From Candidatus Multivoradales bacterium (GTDB lineage: Bacteria; Acidobacteriota; Thermoanaerobaculia; Multivoradales; Multivoraceae), in contig CBDCWI010000002.1 in the NCBI GenBank assembly GCA_965223325.1, positions 2,656,001-2,720,000 on the forward strand: DNA of 64,000 nucleotides, in the 5' to 3' direction. Shown here in pieces: positions 19,962 to 29,830 of the stretch. The notes under the pieces are model-generated. The model did not search any database. It was not told the DNA's origin and worked only from the letters and a program-made list of their open reading frames with translations. A program made the position numbers and the translations under genes. The first letter of the stretch is position 1. The number at the start of each line of letters is the position of its first letter.

Positions 19962-20092
19962 GAGTGCGCAACCTCCGCGAGCGCGGAGACGCTCGATACG
20001 GTTTGAGAGAACGGGTCTCGGAACGAACGGCGATCATACGCCGCTGCCTGGGCGCACCGTTTCTCTGGCCCTAGTTCCCCTCGGACGGCCAC

Positions 20093-22372
20093 CTAGGGGT
20101 TACTACGACTCCAGGCGGTGGTGCCTTGGCTCTCGAAATCGTCTCCGAAGAGGGACTTCCAGGTACGTAAGAGCGTCGCCAAGGCCGCCGGGCTCGACGT
20201 GGCCGCGGTGTTACCTTCCTGGTTCTCGCGATTCACACCGTGGCAGCCGTCACAGGCTCGAATCTCGCCCGGCTGAGCGGTGATCCAGAAACGTTCTCGC
20301 ACCACCGGCGTACCGGCGCTATCGGTGCTCTGCCAGGCGAGCGCCCGCTGCGCAGGCACGAATGCAGCCACCGACCCATCGGGATGAATCTCGACGCTCG
20401 CCGGTGGCGCGTCGTTCGCCAGGGGTGTCAGAGCGAGCGCTTGTTCGTCGTGCAGGTACTGCGCAAGGACGCGACGGCCGGGCCGCGGGTCGTCGGTACC
20501 GCCATAGCCGCGCAGCAGATCGCCCTGGAAGAACTGGAAGTACTCGAGGTCGTAGAGCTTGCCGTCGGGCGTTCCACGGGTCGTCTTACCGCCCGGCACG
20601 CGCAGGTTGTAGGGCTGCTGAAGGTCGGCGTCGTCGCGTGAGGTCACGTCGCGCACCACCAACAAGGCCAACTGCCGATCTCGCATCCAGGATTGCAGCT
20701 CGTCGGGTGCTATGCCCTCGGCATCGAAGACCGCCTGCTCGGGGCCAGCCAGGGCTTCGCTCGGCGCGGGCGGCACGGGGCGCGCGCGAACTTCGACGGG
20801 CTCGAGCTCCCACAGCGGTCCGGAGTAGGTCACCCGGACATCGGGATCCCACCAGCTGACGGTTTCAGAGATGCCCGAGGTGAGCTCGACACCCGGGGCC
20901 ATCGAGCCGGTGCTCCCGGTCACGGTGCGCAATCTGAAGTCGTAGCGAGGGTCAGGCGCAGCGCGCGTTCCCTCATTCTCGGCATAGCGCTTCTCATGGG
21001 TGTGCGCGGCAATCAGCGTGCCGTCTGAAAGCGGCAGGGGGTCACGAAAGAAGCCCCGGTGACCGGCCGGCGGCGTAGCGCCGTCGGCGATCGGAACACG
21101 ACCCACCCGGTCGGTCAGGTAGCTGACGGTCACGTCGTCGGGATTCCGCTCAGGCGGCGCGTCGAGGGCTACAAGTTGGCCAGCGGCGTGGGTCCCGAAC
21201 TCTGGTGCATCGGTACCAACGTAGCGACCCAGATCTGTAGGGTCTTCGCGCATCTGCAAGATGTTCTCGAGCTCGTTCGGGTTCACACGGCCAGTGACCT
21301 CGGCGATGAACTCGACCAGGTTCGGGTCATCGTTGAATGCCCGATCGAAGTAGCTCGCCAGCTCATGACGTCCGACGTGATTGAGCATCTCCTCGCTGGT
21401 GCCGTCCTGGTTGATCTGCCACGGCAGGAACTGGTTCAGCGTATGGCCGGCCAGGTTGGTCCCCGCGAGCAGGTCGGTACGCTCGCTGCGCGGCTCGGGG
21501 AAGATCTCATCTTGTCGTGGCAGGCGCTCGGCCCGGGCCGACTCACTGGCGTAGTTGAAACTCCCGTGATCGCGGTGGCCGAGGGCGTCGGCATCGGCCT
21601 GTTGGTCTTGCTGTAGGTGGTCCCAACGCGTGAAGATCACGCGCCCGAACGAATCGACGATGGGCGTGAACGAACCCGAGGGCGCGTGGTTCAGCATCAC
21701 CAGCTCGCCGCTCTCGGGGTCGAGGCTCCAGAGACCGGTCGGCGTCGGAGTGGACTCGTACTCGTCGAGCTGCGGATAGTGATGCGCTGTTCCACCGCGC
21801 GGCCGGTCGGAAACGAAAACGATGCGACCGTCGCTCAAGTACGCGGGGCTCACGTTGTTGTAGCTGCTGGGTTGGCGCGGCACTCTCCCAATCGACACGG
21901 AGTCTCCTTCGCCGAGGCCGGTGACCTCATAGAGCTGCCAGAAGGTCTGCTCTTGGACGTACTGCTGGGACGGCGCACCGCGCAGCATGCTGAAGACCGC
22001 CTTCTCGCCGTTCCAGTGCACCGACGGTCCGCGCACCGCGATCGCATGGCTCGCCTGCCCGCCGGCCTGGCCGAAGCCGGCTTCTTCGGTGAGATTTCGC
22101 AACGTCCCGTTGGGATACAAGATCCAGAGATCGCCGCCCCGTGCGACCGCCATCATGTGCGTCCTGTGGTTCGCAAACACCGAGCCAATGGTCGCGAAGT
22201 CTGCAGGCACCGGAACCTGGGTGACGAACAGAACCGGATTGGGAACCACGCCCGCGGTGCCACGCACCGGGGAGCCAGCCGGGACCGAGCGCTCCTGGGC
22301 TTCGAGGCTGGGCGTGGACGAGGCAACTAGTCCGAACAACAGAACCGCGGCGACGCGGTCGCGGATAGGCAT
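20093..22372 (-). CDS. Secreted HzsA-related beta-propeller protein with CxxCH and a C-terminal FxDxFE tail
   Basis: Signal peptide; PAYLSDGRIVFVSDR, GRVIFTRWDH, DGSVAAFVPA...WQ, PGEIRACDGCH; ends LFGDDFESQGTTAWSRSNP. Confidence 0.75.
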   Translation of the reverse strand: MPIRDRVAAVLLFGLVASSTPSLEAQERSVPAGSPVRGTAGVVPNPVLFVTQVPVPADFATIGSVFANHRTHMMAVARGGDLWILYPNGTLRNLTEEAGFGQAGGQASHAIAVRGPSVHWNGEKAVFSMLRGAPSQQYVQEQTFWQLYEVTGLGEGDSVSIGRVPRQPSSYNNVSPAYLSDGRIVFVSDRPRGGTAHHYPQLDEYESTPTPTGLWSLDPESGELVMLNHAPSGSFTPIVDSFGRVIFTRWDHLQQDQQADADALGHRDHGSFNYASESARAERLPRQDEIFPEPRSERTDLLAGTNLAGHTLNQFLPWQINQDGTSEEMLNHVGRHELASYFDRAFNDDPNLVEFIAEVTGRVNPNELENILQMREDPTDLGRYVGTDAPEFGTHAAGQLVALDAPPERNPDDVTVSYLTDRVGRVPIADGATPPAGHRGFFRDPLPLSDGTLIAAHTHEKRYAENEGTRAAPDPRYDFRLRTVTGSTGSMAPGVELTSGISETVSWWDPDVRVTYSGPLWELEPVEVRARPVPPAPSEALAGPEQAVFDAEGIAPDELQSWMRDRQLALLVVRDVTSRDDADLQQPYNLRVPGGKTTRGTPDGKLYDLEYFQFFQGDLLRGYGGTDDPRPGRRVLAQYLHDEQALALTPLANDAPPASVEIHPDGSVAAFVPAQRALAWQSTDSAGTPVVRERFWITAQPGEIRACDGCHGVNRENQEGNTAATSSPAALATLLRTWKSLFGDDFESQGTTAWSRSNP

Positions 22373-22584
22373 AGCAGGGCTCCCTGGTTTCGAAAACAAG
22401 GAAAGGGAATCGGGATAGGAGCGCCTGCGCCGTGCCGTGGTTTGAAGGCGAGCGGACCGGACCGACCGGCGCAGGCTAATATCCCTTAGTGCGCACTATT
22501 CTATATTGGGTCCGCACAGCGCCGGGTGATAGCTTGATGAGCCTCCAAGTCCTCATTCGAGCCATGTCAACGAGTCGACGATCC

Positions 22585-23802
22585 ATGCACCATTCCTTGC
22601 TTGCCCCGCGCCTGCTCGTGCTCCTCGGTTTGAGCCTCGTTCTCGCCCCTCAAGCCCCGGCCCAGGAGAGCGAGGGCGCCTCCAGTCAGGGCCGGGTCGA
22701 GGGTGCGCACGAGAAACTCCCGCCCGGCTCGTTCGAGGACGACCTCGGGATCACGATTCCCATACCGGCCAGCCACTCCGGGCGGCGCTATCCAGCCACC
22801 GGCGACTTCCCTACCGGTCCCGCAATCGGCCAGCGGCTGCCCGAGTTCGAGCTGCCCAACCAGAGTGGCGAGGTCATTGACTTTCATGCCGACCGCGGCG
22901 ACTCGAAGGCGATCGTCGTCTTCTTTCGCTCGGCGGTGTGGTGACCGTACTGCCGTACGCAGCTGGTCGAGCTGCAAGAAAACCTCGAGTTTCTCAACGC
23001 CCAGGGCATCAAGCTCTACGGCGTCAGCTATGACGCCCAGGGCCACCTCAGAACGTTCGCCGATGGGCACGGAATCACCTACGACCTGCTGTCGGACTAC
23101 GACTCGGAAGTCATCAAGCGCTTCGGGATTCTAAACACCACCATTGAACCCGACGCGCCGGAAATCCATCGCGGAACCGAACGCGGGTTCTACGGTATTC
23201 CCTTTCCTGGCGTCTACGTGGTTGGCAACGATGGCCGGGTCACCGAAAAGTTCTTTCACCGCCACTACGCCACGCGCACTTCGGCAGGCACGATTCGAGA
23301 CAGCGTGATCGGTCGAATTGTTTCCCAACACGAAGTCCCGGCCACCGACCTGGGTGACGACCACGTCGAGGTCTCCCTCTTCCTCGCCGACCCGTCGCTC
23401 CGATTCGAGTACGCGAGCACGCTCTACGTCCGCTTCGAAGTCGCCGATGGGTTCCACATCTATGCCAACCCCCTGCCAGAGGGTTTTATCGCATCGACGG
23501 CAGAGATCGTCCCGACCGAAGGGGTGCGCGCTGGAACTGCAACCTATCCTCCGACTCGCATCCGGGAATTTCCCAAGCTCGGCGTGACACTCAACGTCTA
23601 CGAAGGCACCACCGACGTTGCGATCCCGATCACCCTCAATTCCGAGATCCTCAACTGGCCCATCCAGGACAAGCCAAGCGAGATCAAGATTCCGGTCGAG
23701 GTGGTCTATCAGGTGTGCAGCGAAACGGTTTGCTACGTGCCAATGGAGAAAACCGTCGAGCTCGAGGTCCCGATCGAGCCGCTGGTGATGCCCGGCCAGT
23801 GA
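22585..23802 (+). CDS. Exported selenoprotein: AhpC/TSA peroxiredoxin-like UxxC domain fused to a DsbD-N-like domain (UGA at 22942-22944 read as Sec)
   Basis: Track ORFs 22489-22944 and 23218-23802 share one frame, interrupted only by TGA in FFRSAVW-U-PYCRTQLVELQ. C-terminal FHIY...YQVCSETVCY. Start at 22564 or 22585. Confidence 0.85.
22959..22975 (+). promoter_or_regulatory. Candidate bacterial SECIS hairpin
   Basis: GCAGCT-GGTCG-AGCTGC stem-loop starting 15 nt after the UGA, with G at the start of the loop. Confidence 0.65.
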
Positions 23803-23852
23803 CCGCGCGCGGCCTTGTGGCGACGACGTTCAAGCTCAGCCCATCGCTCGAG

Positions 23853-23903
23853 TTGATGCGTTGATGCGTTGATGGCATCGTCAGATGATGCTATGATGCC
23901 TGG
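23853..23903 (+). promoter_or_regulatory. Sigma70-type promoter with GATG repeats (putative operator) for vapBC
   Basis: TTGATG (23869-23874), 17 bp spacer, TATGAT (23892-23897) with an extended-10 TG. The ATG follows 6 nt later. TTGATG occurs three times at 8-bp spacing. Confidence 0.65.
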
Positions 23904-24173
23904 ATGCGAACGACGGTCACTCTCGATGCCGACGTCGAGGAACTGCTGCGCGAAGCAATGCGGCGAAACCGCAAGAGCTTCAAACAGACCCTCAACGACG
24001 CTCTCCGCAGCGGCCTCGGCGCCGGGCGACCAAGCGACGAGCCCGAGTTCGTCATCAACGCACGACCCCTCGGTCTGCGCTCAGGAATCGACCCGGCGGC
24101 GGTTCGCGACCTGGATGACGAGATCGAAGTCGACGAATTCCTGCGCAAGACCCAAGAGCTCGAAGGCCGGTAG
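23904..24173 (+). CDS. vapB: VapB-type RHH antitoxin
   Basis: MRTTVTLDADV...SFKQTLNDALRSGL; acidic C-terminus; overlaps the toxin start. Confidence 0.85.
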   Translation: MRTTVTLDADVEELLREAMRRNRKSFKQTLNDALRSGLGAGRPSDEPEFVINARPLGLRSGIDPAAVRDLDDEIEVDEFLRKTQELEGR

Positions 24174-24604
24174 TGATCGTGCCCGACGCCAATCTGCTGC
24201 TCTATGCCTACGACACGTCGAGCCCCTTTCATGAACGTGCCGCAAGGTGGTGGGAAGGAGCGCTGAACAGCGGTGAGAGCGTCGGTTTGTGCTCCGTTGT
24301 GCTGTTTGCCTTTGTGCGAGTCGGGACGAATCGGCGAGCCTTCGAGAACCCGATGACAATTGGCGAAGCATCGGGCCACGTTCGCAGCTGGCTGGCGCGC
24401 TCGGTGACCGAACTCCTCATCACACAAGAGGCCGACGTCACGAAAGCCCTGCAGTGGCTCGAAGCCCTGGGCTCAGGCAGTACCCTGACCACCGATGCCC
24501 AGATCGGAGCCATCGCCAGTCGCTACCGAGCGACAGTGCACACCGCCGACACCGACTTCGCCCGATTCCCCGGGGTCAGATTCAAGAACCCGCTACTCGA
24601 CTGA
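24173..24604 (+). CDS. vapC: VapC PIN-domain ribonuclease toxin
   Basis: IVPDANLLLYA, TDAQIGAIA, HTADTDFARFPG, NPL. Confidence 0.9.
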   Translation: MIVPDANLLLYAYDTSSPFHERAARWWEGALNSGESVGLCSVVLFAFVRVGTNRRAFENPMTIGEASGHVRSWLARSVTELLITQEADVTKALQWLEALGSGSTLTTDAQIGAIASRYRATVHTADTDFARFPGVRFKNPLLD

Positions 24605-24857
24605 GCCTCTCAGCGGAGGTCGACCCCTCGCGCGTAGTAGCCATCGTCGAGCCTGCGGGTGCGAACCTTCCCATCCACGGCCTTTAGAGTGAGGACAACC
24701 TCGCTGCGATGTTGGGGTATAACGCGGTGCTTCCACAGTCCTGCCCTTCGGCAGCACCGGCCCCCAGGGCAGCAACCGCCATCAGACAGGAAACGAGACG
24801 CCGATTCATGCTCACCACTCTAAGCGACGGATCGGGCGACGGGCGGTTCGGAGCTCG

Positions 24858-27149
24858 CTAGAACAGGAATGCGTAGCCCAGCTTCAGAAACAGCGTGCGA
24901 TCCGTCTGGGTCAAGCTGAATGCATCACCGCCCAACCGGTTGTCTGAATAGCCCGCAAACAGAACAGTCTGTGCGTTGAGCTTGTAGCTGAACAGGAGCT
25001 GCGTGAAGACGTCTTCGCTCTCGCGCTCGACTGGGCGGATGAAGAACGCCGGGTCGTTCTTGATCGCTGTTCTTTGCACGATGGCGCGCACGAAGCTGCG
25101 GGTGCTGAAGTGGTAGAAGAGGCGCAGTTCGGTGAGGTCGGCGGTGAGGTAGGTGTCGCCCTCGAGTTCGAAGCTGCGCCGCGAGTGGCCGAGTTCCGCC
25201 TGAGTGCGCTTGCCAATCTTGAGACCAATCTCGGGGCTGAAGTTGAACAGGTCGGCTTGGCGATCGTTCCTGAAGTCGACCTCGTCTTCATACGCAACGT
25301 AGAGCGCGAGGCTCAACGAACCGGTGGGCTGCAGCTGGCCGAAGAGCTCGCCGCCCCGCAGGTCTTCATAGAGAGTCGAGCCGTTGCGCTTGTCGATGTT
25401 CCAGGTTTGCACGAAGGCACTCGACTGCTTGGGGCCCTGGAAGAAGCCCGACAGCCCAACCTTGCGATCGGTCAACAATCCGTCGCGGTCCTCGCTCTGA
25501 AAGGCGTTGACTCCAACCTGCGAACTCACCAGAAACGACTCCGGCGAATGCCACCAGGTGCGCGAGAGGTGGGCACCGGCAGTTTCGATGTCGACCCGCG
25601 GAACGAAACCCGAGTCGGCGCGAAAGTCGCGATCCAGGACGCGGTAGTTGGCACTCCAGTTCCACTCTCGCGTGTTGTGAAAGTAGTTGACTGCGAAGGC
25701 GTTGCCGCCAATCTGATTCTCCGACAGCCCCTGACGGTCGCGTAAGGGGTCGGGATAGTCCGTTTCCGAATGCAACGCCTGAACATTCAGCCGGTCGCTG
25801 CGGGCGATCTGAAACGAAGCATCAACACCGCTGACCCGGTTCCAGTAGTTGTCAGCTTCGCGCCCGGCATAGAGCACACCCACACTATGGTTGCGGCCTA
25901 CGTCGCGGCGGTAGCGCAACACAGAACCGAGGACCTCGGAGTCGAGCACTCCATCGGCCGACGAGACGAAGGCCGACCCCTGGTTTCCCGGCAGCAGGAC
26001 GTTGTTGACCGTGTCCTGGGTCACGAAGACTCCGTAGGCATTCTTGCCTTCCTTTCCCGTCAGCTTGAGGCCAACGTCCGGGTCGACGACCGTTCGCGTG
26101 AACACCGCGTTGATGGGAGTCTGAAAGACGTCGGTGCCCTCGAGAAAGAACGGGCGCTGCTCTGGAAAGAAGAGCGCAAAGCGCTGGTTGACGTCGAGCT
26201 GACCAGCATCGGCCTCGACCTGTGAAAAGTCCGGGTTGACCGCGAAGCTGAGGCGCGAGCTCGGGCTGAGGTTGAAGCGCCCCGAAACCCCTGGATCGAC
26301 GTCGTCATCGTTGTCGTCGAAGTCGCCGTCGGGGAGCTCGGTCTTGCGCTCGGTATTGCGAGCCGTCAGGGTCGGGATGACCTCGAAGGAGCTTCCCGGC
26401 TTCATGCCCGCGAAGCCTTCAAAGTAGCTGTAGTTGCAGGTGAAGCACACGTCGTCAAAATCGATCTTGTGGCTCGCCATGCGATGGCGCTGCCCACGCG
26501 GCCAGGAACGACCGAGGTTGATTCGCCAGGTCTGGGCGCCCTGCCCAGCGGGGAACGGAAGCTGGTTCAGCGGGAAGGCGATCTCGACGATGTAGCCTTG
26601 AGGGGTGATGCGTCCCTTGGCGTCCCAGATGATGTCCCACGACCAGTCTTCGGACCCACCACCAACGAAACTGTTGAGTGAATCCGCCTGCACGCCGAGA
26701 GGGTTGACGCGGAACTGAAAGGCGCGGCGCTGGTCATTGAAGGAATCGATCATCACCAGGATGTAGTCGTCCTGAACCATGGTGTCGATGGCATCCCGAT
26801 CCATCAGGTGCGCACGGATCAGCGACGGCTCTGGGTCGAGCGCACGAGCGCCGACATAGAGCCGCCGCTCGTCGTAGGTGACGAGAAACTCGGTTCTAAC
26901 AGGCGGCTCAACGTTCTCGCCAGGCGTCCACTCCCACAGCTTGTCGACAACCAGCGCGTCATCCCAAGCGGCTTCATCGAGCACGCCGTCAACGACGATG
27001 GGGGAGGTTGCCGCCTGCACCTGGTAATGCAGCGGCTCGAACTCCACCTCATCCTGGGCCAGCGCCGGAAGGCGCAGCGCGGCCTGAAAGACAGAGAAAA
27101 GGAAAGCGATTGCAGCGAGGCGCAGTCGCCCCTGGAAGATGGCCGGCAT
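24858..27149 (-). CDS. CBM9-like plus DUF5916 outer-membrane protein
   Basis: Signal peptide, DGVLDEAAW, FRVNPLGVQ, NPDFSQVEAD, FFPEQRPFFLEG, terminal aromatic beta-strand KLGYAFLF. Confidence 0.85.
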   Translation of the reverse strand: MPAIFQGRLRLAAIAFLFSVFQAALRLPALAQDEVEFEPLHYQVQAATSPIVVDGVLDEAAWDDALVVDKLWEWTPGENVEPPVRTEFLVTYDERRLYVGARALDPEPSLIRAHLMDRDAIDTMVQDDYILVMIDSFNDQRRAFQFRVNPLGVQADSLNSFVGGGSEDWSWDIIWDAKGRITPQGYIVEIAFPLNQLPFPAGQGAQTWRINLGRSWPRGQRHRMASHKIDFDDVCFTCNYSYFEGFAGMKPGSSFEVIPTLTARNTERKTELPDGDFDDNDDDVDPGVSGRFNLSPSSRLSFAVNPDFSQVEADAGQLDVNQRFALFFPEQRPFFLEGTDVFQTPINAVFTRTVVDPDVGLKLTGKEGKNAYGVFVTQDTVNNVLLPGNQGSAFVSSADGVLDSEVLGSVLRYRRDVGRNHSVGVLYAGREADNYWNRVSGVDASFQIARSDRLNVQALHSETDYPDPLRDRQGLSENQIGGNAFAVNYFHNTREWNWSANYRVLDRDFRADSGFVPRVDIETAGAHLSRTWWHSPESFLVSSQVGVNAFQSEDRDGLLTDRKVGLSGFFQGPKQSSAFVQTWNIDKRNGSTLYEDLRGGELFGQLQPTGSLSLALYVAYEDEVDFRNDRQADLFNFSPEIGLKIGKRTQAELGHSRRSFELEGDTYLTADLTELRLFYHFSTRSFVRAIVQRTAIKNDPAFFIRPVERESEDVFTQLLFSYKLNAQTVLFAGYSDNRLGGDAFSLTQTDRTLFLKLGYAFLF

Positions 27150-27430
27150 TGGTCGAAGTCCTAGAGAACAGGGCTGTGCCCCTAGACCCGGCCCCTCGGC
27201 TGGGAGGACACGACGCGAATGTGGATTGGGATAGCGGGTGCGGCTGGAGGGCCGCCAAGGAGGTATACGGAGGTGAGTGGCGTTCGTCCCGAAAAAAGTC
27301 TACTCTTTGAAGCGAGCAAGATCCTGGCAACCGTGACTCCAAGATGCAAGCCTCCAGGACTGAGAACCGCCCGGCACAGCGCAAGTTCCCGCACCGGCCA
27401 ATGGACCAGCGCCTTACCCTCCTGCGACCC

Positions 27431-28066
27431 TCACGTCGGGTCCTGTTCCTCGATTCGTCCGTACTCGAGCGACTTGTACGCCCGCAGAACGACGTCGACA
27501 GTCGGCCGCGGAAGGTCTCGGGGAATGCGAATGAGCGGCCCAGAACGTTCGAACGGTGGCGGCGGAACGGTCTCGAACACGCTCGCCCACAATCGGACCG
27601 GGCAGCTGTAGTAGATCCAGTCAGCCGCACCATAGCGATCGTCCCACTCGATCAACTTCTCGTTGGTCTCGATCAACAAGCGGCGCGCATTGGCAAGCCG
27701 AAGCCGCGAGCCATAGCGGGACTTGCCCTTGGTCTTTAGATGCAGCGGTTGTGCCCGCCCTTTTCCGCGCACCACATAGCGCCGCAGGCTTTTTCTGATG
27801 AGCGGTTGCGCGCCCTCGAACCGCCCGAGCGAAACGGCACCTGCTTGCATCAGAACCACCGAGTGGCGAGTCGGCGCTTCAGGTAGAGAGCCGAGGTACT
27901 GAGCGAGCGTGGTGCAGTCGGGTTCGATCGGGAAGACGAGGGGCGGCAGAACACGCAGCCCTTCTGTCTCGAACCAGCGCCGTTTGGGCTCGAGGATCAG
28001 CTCATGTTCAACCTCGAGACGCTCGAGAGTGGCGGCAGTTTCTTGCCAATGAAAAGTTTGCGGCAT
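27431..28066 (-). CDS. VLRF1 (Vms1-like) family release factor/peptidyl-tRNA processing protein
   Basis: VVLMQAG...G...KSLRRYVVRGKGRAQ...KTKGKSRYGSRLR, matching the bacterial VLRF1 pattern. Confidence 0.7.
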   Translation of the reverse strand: MPQTFHWQETAATLERLEVEHELILEPKRRWFETEGLRVLPPLVFPIEPDCTTLAQYLGSLPEAPTRHSVVLMQAGAVSLGRFEGAQPLIRKSLRRYVVRGKGRAQPLHLKTKGKSRYGSRLRLANARRLLIETNEKLIEWDDRYGAADWIYYSCPVRLWASVFETVPPPPFERSGPLIRIPRDLPRPTVDVVLRAYKSLEYGRIEEQDPT

Positions 28067-28129
28067 TGGCTGAATCTTTCATGGTTCCCGCTCGACCCTC
28101 CGCAGGATCGCCGCCACAACTGAGTCTCC

Positions 28130-29689
28130 TCAGATCAAAGCCTCGATAAGCGAAGGCCCTGGCTCGCTTAAAGCAGCTGCCAGAGCGCTGTTGAACTCCT
28201 CAGCGGTTTCGACCCGCCAGGCTGGAACCCCCATCCCCTTCGCCAGGTCGGTCCAGCCGAGCGCCGGGTTGGTGAGGTCGAGCATGCTGATGGCCTTTGG
28301 CCCTGGTTCGTGGGCACCGACCCGAGCAAACTCGATCTGCAGAATGGCGTACTTCTGGTTGGCGAACACGATGGTCGTGATGTCGAGTTGCTCGCGGGCC
28401 TGGGTCCAGAGGGCCTGGACGGTGTACATGCCCGAGCCATCGGCCTGGAGTGAAACGACCCTACGATCAGGACATGCAACCGCCGCGCCGACGGCAGCCG
28501 GCAGGCCGTAGCCGATCGAGCCGCCGGTCAGAACCAACCAGTCGTGCGGGGGTGCACCGCGGGTGGCATAGGCCGAAGGGGCTCCTGACATGCCGCCTTC
28601 ATCGACGACGATCGCGTTCTCAGGCAGCAAGTGCCCGACCGCAGCACCAATCGAACGGGCGTTGAGCTCGCCTGTCGGGAGTGGCGGACGCTCGGGGGCG
28701 ATCAGGCGCGCTTCGGTGCCAGCGGCGCCGACCGCATCGGCCAGAGCTTCGAGCGCTCCGTCGATGTCACCGTCGCGCTCGACGAGCACGTGCAGGGAAC
28801 AGTCCTCCGGCGTCAACCAATTTGGCTTGTCGGGGTAGGCAAAAAAGGTGATCGGTGGCTGGGTGCTGCACAGAATCAGATGTTTCGTACCCGCAAGCAC
28901 TTCGGTCGCTTGCTCGCCGAAGTACGGAAGCCTCGCGACCTCGGCCCTGCCCGCGCCGCGTTCGATGCGCGGCACGAAGGTATCCATGATCACGCGTGCA
29001 CCGGTTGCCTGGGCAACACGGTCGGCGATCGCGGTGCGCCGCGCACTGATCACACCGTTCATCAAAATCACGCTCGGTTCGCCGCTTCTGAGCACCCGCG
29101 CCACCTCTTCGACTTGACTGGCATCGACCGGCTTCGGAGCAACCTTCGGGAGCGGCACCGCGCTGGCAGAGGTGCGATTCCAGGCCGTATCGGCTGGCAG
29201 GATCAGAGTCGCCACCTGGCCGGGCGGCGACATTGCCGCTTGCACGGCGGCCGCACCGTCGGCTGCGACGTCATCGGCCGACGGCGAGACCTTGACCCAC
29301 CCCGAAACCGGTCGCGCGATGCCCTCGACATCGGAGGTGAGCGGCGCATCGTACTGACGGTGGTAGGTGGCATGGTCACCGACCACGTTGACGAGCGGGG
29401 TTCTCGCCTTCTTGGCATTGTGCAGATTGGCGAGACCGTTGCCGAGACCCGGACCGAGGTGAAGCAATGTCGCGGCCGGGGTGGCGTTCATCCGCCCGTA
29501 GCCATCGGCTGCACCCGTCACCACGCCTTCGAAAAGGCCGAGTACGCAGCGCATCTCCGGATTGGTATCGAGCGCCGCCACGAAGTGCATCTCGGATGTG
29601 CCGGGGTTGCTGAAGCAAACGTTGACCCCGGCGTCGACGAAGGTCTGGACGAGGCTCTCCGCCCCGCTACGGTCTCTTGTTTCGGTCAT
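28130..29689 (-). CDS. Acetolactate synthase large subunit-like ThDP enzyme
   Basis: NPGTSEMH, LFEGVVTGAADGYGR, LHLGPG, ThDP motif ADGSGMYT...N. Confidence 0.9.
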   Translation of the reverse strand: MTETRDRSGAESLVQTFVDAGVNVCFSNPGTSEMHFVAALDTNPEMRCVLGLFEGVVTGAADGYGRMNATPAATLLHLGPGLGNGLANLHNAKKARTPLVNVVGDHATYHRQYDAPLTSDVEGIARPVSGWVKVSPSADDVAADGAAAVQAAMSPPGQVATLILPADTAWNRTSASAVPLPKVAPKPVDASQVEEVARVLRSGEPSVILMNGVISARRTAIADRVAQATGARVIMDTFVPRIERGAGRAEVARLPYFGEQATEVLAGTKHLILCSTQPPITFFAYPDKPNWLTPEDCSLHVLVERDGDIDGALEALADAVGAAGTEARLIAPERPPLPTGELNARSIGAAVGHLLPENAIVVDEGGMSGAPSAYATRGAPPHDWLVLTGGSIGYGLPAAVGAAVACPDRRVVSLQADGSGMYTVQALWTQAREQLDITTIVFANQKYAILQIEFARVGAHEPGPKAISMLDLTNPALGWTDLAKGMGVPAWRVETAEEFNSALAAALSEPGPSLIEALI

Positions 29690-29830
29690 GCTCTACCACC
29701 CTCAACCAGAAGGAGCGCGAACCGGCGCCCTGGCGCGTCATCCGCGGCTGTTATTCGACGCGACCGTACAGGCCATCACCAGCCCCGGGCAAGCGAGCAT
29801 CGACCCGGAGCTGTGCTGGTTGCCTCGGGT

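Noticed and set aside
20093-22372. Evidence for anammox metabolism
   Set aside because: Only a lone HzsA-like homolog is present, without hzsB/C or hao.
22942-22944. Nonsense pseudogene, or two separate genes
   Set aside because: The stop coincides with the redox-active position and is followed by a SECIS-like hairpin, so Sec recoding fits better.
24684-24823. Possible MITE bounded by TTAGAGTG...CACTCTAA
   Set aside because: Only 8 bp pair and there is no second copy in the window.
20071-27185. Short CTAG...CTAG pairs at 20071-20096 and 27161-27185 as MITE footprints
   Set aside because: Their interiors do not resemble either element's arms.
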